Translations under genes and position numbers: made by a program
Shown: piece after piece, positions 60,052 through 64,000 of the stretch
Position numbering within the stretch: the first letter of the stretch is position 1
Layout: the number at the start of each line of letters is the position of its first letter
The notes under the pieces: model-generated
The model's database searches: none
What the model was told of the DNA's origin: nothing
What the model saw: only the letters and a program-made list of their open reading frames with translations
DNA from: Candidatus Nezhaarchaeales archaeon
GTDB lineage: Archaea; Thermoproteota; Methanomethylicia; Nezhaarchaeales; WYZ-LMO8
Direction of reading: 5' to 3'
Length of the DNA stretch: 64,000 bases
NCBI GenBank assembly: GCA_038887515.1
Contig: JAWAKK010000001.1
Span: 384,001 to 448,000 of the forward strand

Positions 60052-60426
60052 ATGAGCAGTGAAGATTTATGGTTAAAAATGAAGAAGCTAGAACTTCAGC
60101 GAAAACTTCTAGCGTTGACGGCCAAGAAGGATGAGCCTAAGCCTAAAGACCCTTACGAAGTTATAAGACCTCTATTGGAAGAGAGAGCCGATGAAGTCCT
60201 TGAGGCGGCAAAAGCTCAGTTTCCGAGAGTTACAAATGTTGTTGTCGCAGAACTAGCAAAGTTGGTTGAAGCTGGTTTAATAAAGAAGATCACGGGTCCC
60301 TGGTTGATGGGTTTATTCGCAAAGCTAGGTTACAAACCTAGGCTTGAAACTAAGATATCGGTAATTTCTGATGGCAAGATTATGGATTTAAAGGAGAAGA
60401 TATCTAGAACCCTTAAAGAATGGTGA
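60052..60426 (+). CDS. PDCD5-like DNA-binding protein
   Basis: EERADEVLEAAKAQFP...KITGPWLMGLF...RLETKI. Confidence 0.65.
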   Translation: MSSEDLWLKMKKLELQRKLLALTAKKDEPKPKDPYEVIRPLLEERADEVLEAAKAQFPRVTNVVVAELAKLVEAGLIKKITGPWLMGLFAKLGYKPRLETKISVISDGKIMDLKEKISRTLKEW

Positions 60427-60450
60427 GAAACTTCATAGGCTTAAACAATT

Positions 60451-61854
60451 TCAACAAGCTTTTGCCACTTCTCTAACCTTCTTCAGTCCCCACTCAAGAA
60501 GCATCTTGGCTTCTTCAAGACTTTCTGACTCGACGTAAACCCTCACTACGGGTTCGGTGCCTGAGGGCCTTATGAGAAGCCAGCCCTTCTTGGTTATGAA
60601 CTTCACTCCATCAACCTTCACTGTTCTCTCAACAGGTAGCCCGCCGACGTTATCGAGTTCTAGGTTCAGCAAGGTCTCTCTAACTTCATGAGATCTACCT
60701 ATCTCCACCTTACCTCTTAAGCTGTATAGAAGTTTATACTCTTTACCCAATTCACGGATTAATTCTTCAAGCTTCTTCTTCCCAGATAAAGCCAAGCTCT
60801 CAATTATGTATAGACAAGTTAAAACTCCATCCTTTTCTGGGATGTGCCACTTGTATCCGAAGCCTCCGCTCTCCTCGCCACCCATAATTGCCTCACCCAT
60901 TAGTAGGTGAGGGGCTATGTTCTTGAAGCCTACCGGCACTTCATAAATTCTTATCCCGTTCTTAGATGCTATCTCGTCAACCATGTGAGTTGTAGCGACA
61001 GTCCTAACGACCCCACCTTTAATCCCTTTGTCAAGCATGTGTTTAAGAATTAGTGGAAATAACATGTTAGGCGAGATGTACGTATCGGAATAAGCTGATG
61101 CTCTATCTCCATCGCCATCGGTTGCAAGACCTACATCCATATCATGCATGAAGAGCGGAATATCACTGACTGCTTCAGGCAACGTTGGGTCAGGTATGAG
61201 TCCTCCAAAACTGGGATCTTTATCGTACCGCATGCGTTTGACCTCACACCCAACCCTCATTAAGACCTCGTCTAAGAAGCCTATTGTGGAGCCGTGCATG
61301 TGATTTACGAGTACCTTAAGCCTGGCTTTCCTAATAGCGTCCTTTTCTACTAGTGATAGCATCCAATCGATGTATTCTTCTTTAAAATCTACGTGCGCTA
61401 TTAAACCCTTCTTTTCAGCGTCCTTAATGCTCATAGTTCTAGTGCTCGACTTAAAAATCAACTTTTCGACTTCCTGCGTTATTTCAGATGAAGCAGGACC
61501 TCCATAGTGAGGTATAAACTTTATCCCGTTGTATTCAGGAGGATTATGAGATGCAGTGATCATAACGGCTCCTCCAGCCCTAAGTTTGACGGTTGCAAAA
61601 GCGACTAGAGGCGTTGGGACATCGCCTTCAACCATGTAAATCGGAATGCCATTCCCGGCGAAAACTTCAAGGCAAGCCTTAGCGTATGCCTTCGAATTCC
61701 TCCTAGAGTCATACCCTATAACTACGCCGTACTTAGCTAACCCTCTACTACTAATATAATCGGCTATCGCCTGAGCAACGACCTTGACCTTGTCAACAGT
61801 GAAATCCCTATCCATAACCCCCCTCCAACCGTCGGTACCAAACTTTATGGTCAA
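60451..61854 (-). CDS. Phosphoglucomutase/phosphomannomutase
   Basis: FGTDGWRG, ITASHNP, DGDGDR, GEESGG, RPSGTEP. Confidence 0.95.
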   Translation of the reverse strand: MTIKFGTDGWRGVMDRDFTVDKVKVVAQAIADYISSRGLAKYGVVIGYDSRRNSKAYAKACLEVFAGNGIPIYMVEGDVPTPLVAFATVKLRAGGAVMITASHNPPEYNGIKFIPHYGGPASSEITQEVEKLIFKSSTRTMSIKDAEKKGLIAHVDFKEEYIDWMLSLVEKDAIRKARLKVLVNHMHGSTIGFLDEVLMRVGCEVKRMRYDKDPSFGGLIPDPTLPEAVSDIPLFMHDMDVGLATDGDGDRASAYSDTYISPNMLFPLILKHMLDKGIKGGVVRTVATTHMVDEIASKNGIRIYEVPVGFKNIAPHLLMGEAIMGGEESGGFGYKWHIPEKDGVLTCLYIIESLALSGKKKLEELIRELGKEYKLLYSLRGKVEIGRSHEVRETLLNLELDNVGGLPVERTVKVDGVKFITKKGWLLIRPSGTEPVVRVYVESESLEEAKMLLEWGLKKVREVAKAC

Positions 61855-62162
61855 AATCTCTCACCATTAAGATTGAGAATACTAAGGTCTCATAATAACT
61901 TAAGCTTGCAAAGAGATAAAATGTCTTGTGTTACCATTCAAATCATTAACGAATCCCGCTATTTCCCAAAGATGCTATTTTAAGCTCCACATAGCTAGCT
62001 ATAATGTCTTAGGCAACTAAATTATAGTCCATGCGATCAGCGACGTTACACGATAATAATTTAAAGCGTTCATAATTACAGATTTTTTGCGGTAAACTGC
62101 AAAAATGTTATAAGTTTATCACCTTATTACTCCTTTAAAATACACAAAGCCTGTGTGTAAAT

Positions 62163-62978
62163 TTGGTCTATAGTGATATGGTTATGTATAAGGAGAAAAG
62201 TATTAAAGAGTTGCCCGTAATCATCTTTTCAAAAAATCGTGTTCTCGGAGAGTTTTGGGTTAAAGGATTTGCCAAGCCTTCGGTTTTGAGCGAAGTCGTA
62301 AAAATCTTAAATGAGCATAACGTTCAGATAAAGAACCTTATTGCATATTCCATAAAGGGTGAAGAAGTGGCTTTCATCATAGTCGATCTAACGGACATTA
62401 AAGGCGATGTTAATGAGGTAATAAGTAAAATGAAGGCTTTGCCCAACGTTTCCGAAGTCGATTTTTTCAGCCCGAAACATTATGGCTGTGTGTATGAGGC
62501 TTTCGGTTTTCCAATTACTTCTTCCGGTTTCGACGAGAATATAATAATGAGGCTTAGGAGCTTTATCGATATGCTTGAGGGCATTAAAGCTTGCTTCGGC
62601 TCTGCTGGTGAAGCCTTCTTATGGTATCTGGCTAGGGATGGTGGATCTAGCACGGCTAAATGGTTTAATAGTAACCTTGAAAGTTTGGACGTAGAAGATA
62701 AAATTAAGATTCACTTGGCTGCACTCTTTTCCGCTGGCTGGGGTAAGTTTGAGCTTAAAAGATTCGATTGGGTCGAAAAAGTCATAGAGATAGAAGCGAT
62801 AGATAACCTTGAAGTTAAACATAAGAAAGGTATAGCTAAAAATCCTCGATGCACCTTTATAAGAGGCTATTTGACCGGCTTATTAAGCGTTTATTTAGGC
62901 AAAAACGTTAGAGTTGAGGAAGTAGAGTGTGAAGCCAAGAAGGATGGTCGTTGTCTATTTGTTTGTTATTTCGGTTAG
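62163..62978 (+). CDS. ACT + V4R domain protein
   Basis: N-terminal ACT-like region; AGWG, CTFIRGYLTG, EVECEAKKDGRCLF. Confidence 0.78.
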   Translation: MVYSDMVMYKEKSIKELPVIIFSKNRVLGEFWVKGFAKPSVLSEVVKILNEHNVQIKNLIAYSIKGEEVAFIIVDLTDIKGDVNEVISKMKALPNVSEVDFFSPKHYGCVYEAFGFPITSSGFDENIIMRLRSFIDMLEGIKACFGSAGEAFLWYLARDGGSSTAKWFNSNLESLDVEDKIKIHLAALFSAGWGKFELKRFDWVEKVIEIEAIDNLEVKHKKGIAKNPRCTFIRGYLTGLLSVYLGKNVRVEEVECEAKKDGRCLFVCYFG

Positions 62979-62997
62979 TCTCGTTATTTAACAAAGT

Positions 62998-64000
62998 TCA
63001 ACCAAATCTTTTCAATGTTACGTAGATTAATGGCGCTAGACAAGCTAACGACCATAACGATAGTACTACATAAGACTTCAGCATCGCAACGACTAAGGCT
63101 GACAGTGGTAAAATTGATAAGCCTAGTTCGAGCTTGGGTACAGCCTTTGAAGTCTTCTTTAAAGGACCTTTAGGCGTTACCCTCCACGTGCACGGTACTT
63201 TAAAGAGAGGTTTCAATGAGGATAGGAAAAGGTCGAAACTCATAGCTAAAGCTAGAGCAGCCGACCTTCCAAGCAACTTAATTCTCCGACTCAGGTTGCA
63301 TTCTTCGATGGTATGTCTCATGAAGTTAAAGCTGTATATCATCGTTATAACAGCTCCAATAGTCATAAGAGGTAGCATCGGCAATAACGACGGCTCTCCG
63401 TTAAAGAACGTTAGTAACGGCAAGGCTATAATTGATAGACCCGCCAAAGCGAGGCCCCAATATTGGGTAAGGTAGATCAGGAGACTTACTTTTTCAAGCA
63501 TCCTCAAGTTAGATTTAATAATTGCCTTACCGTGCTTCAATAAAACTTGGCTTATACCATATGCCCACCGCTTCTGTTGCCTTTTGAAGTCACTATAAGT
63601 CGATGGATGCTCAACCCAAACGGGTACATCACTGTTATATACTATCCTGTAACCCTTAAGTCTAAGCCTAACGCCTAGCTCTACGTCTTCTAAGAGACAC
63701 TTCTCATCCCACATACCAACTCTTAAGAGTGCATTCCTCCTTATCGCACACGCATTACCTAATAGTATTGAGCTTCCGAAGATGACTTGGAGTCCCTTGA
63801 ATAGACCATTAGTAAAGAATTTTTGTCCAAAGCCTATGGCTTCAGATACCGCACTCTCTCTTAAGTTAAGTGGTTCCCATCTGGCGACAACGGCTGCGAC
63901 GTCGTTTGATTCATATAACGTTGTTAGAACCTTCATTAGAAAATCTGATGGTAATACGCTGTCTACATCCAGAACTACTATTACATCGCTTTGAACCTTT
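62998..64000 (-). CDS. GT2 cellulose-synthase-like glycosyltransferase, 5' part outside window
   Basis: Frame open to the window end: VLDVDS (DxD), LEDVELG, QQKRW, C-terminal TMs. Confidence 0.88.
   Translation of the reverse strand, partial: KVQSDVIVVLDVDSVLPSDFLMKVLTTLYESNDVAAVVARWEPLNLRESAVSEAIGFGQKFFTNGLFKGLQVIFGSSILLGNACAIRRNALLRVGMWDEKCLLEDVELGVRLRLKGYRIVYNSDVPVWVEHPSTYSDFKRQQKRWAYGISQVLLKHGKAIIKSNLRMLEKVSLLIYLTQYWGLALAGLSIIALPLLTFFNGEPSLLPMLPLMTIGAVITMIYSFNFMRHTIEECNLSRRIKLLGRSAALALAMSFDLFLSSLKPLFKVPCTWRVTPKGPLKKTSKAVPKLELGLSILPLSALVVAMLKSYVVLSLWSLACLAPLIYVTLKRFG

Noticed and set aside
1-64000. CRISPR arrays, IS elements, integrases, rRNA/tRNA; many short antisense ORFs in the track
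   Set aside because: None recognised by eye; the short ORFs overlap well-supported genes and lack motifs

Overview
Archaeal chromosomal window (Cdc6/Orc1, RadA, Lhr, Nre, PDCD5-like, tungsten-type AOR, TATA/BRE promoters); the lineage cannot be fixed from this window. Housekeeping genes alternate with accessory blocks. (1) 7.6-20.3 kb: molybdate/tungstate ABC and Ni/Co ECF transporters plus a cobalamin (cbi) cluster decaying by deletions that fuse unrelated gene fragments. (2) 22.9-31.4 kb: a SipW-type signal peptidase locus with three TasA/AbpA-like subunits, a DUF5305-like protein, an S8 protease with Ig-like repeats and three wHTH regulators. (3) A diverged duplication of a clp1/MFS divergent pair. 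The strongest novel signals read from the DNA are a ~110-nt structured leader with mutually exclusive RBS/start-sequestering helices upstream of yhhQ-queC (candidate archaeal 7-deazaguanine riboswitch), the fibre locus, and two recurrent palindromic operators (TTAACT-N6-AGTTAA at two ABC importer promoters; TGGAT-N5-ATCCA at three cobalamin-region promoters). No tRNA, rRNA, CRISPR array or transposase was recognised. All family calls are by motif recognition; no database search was run.
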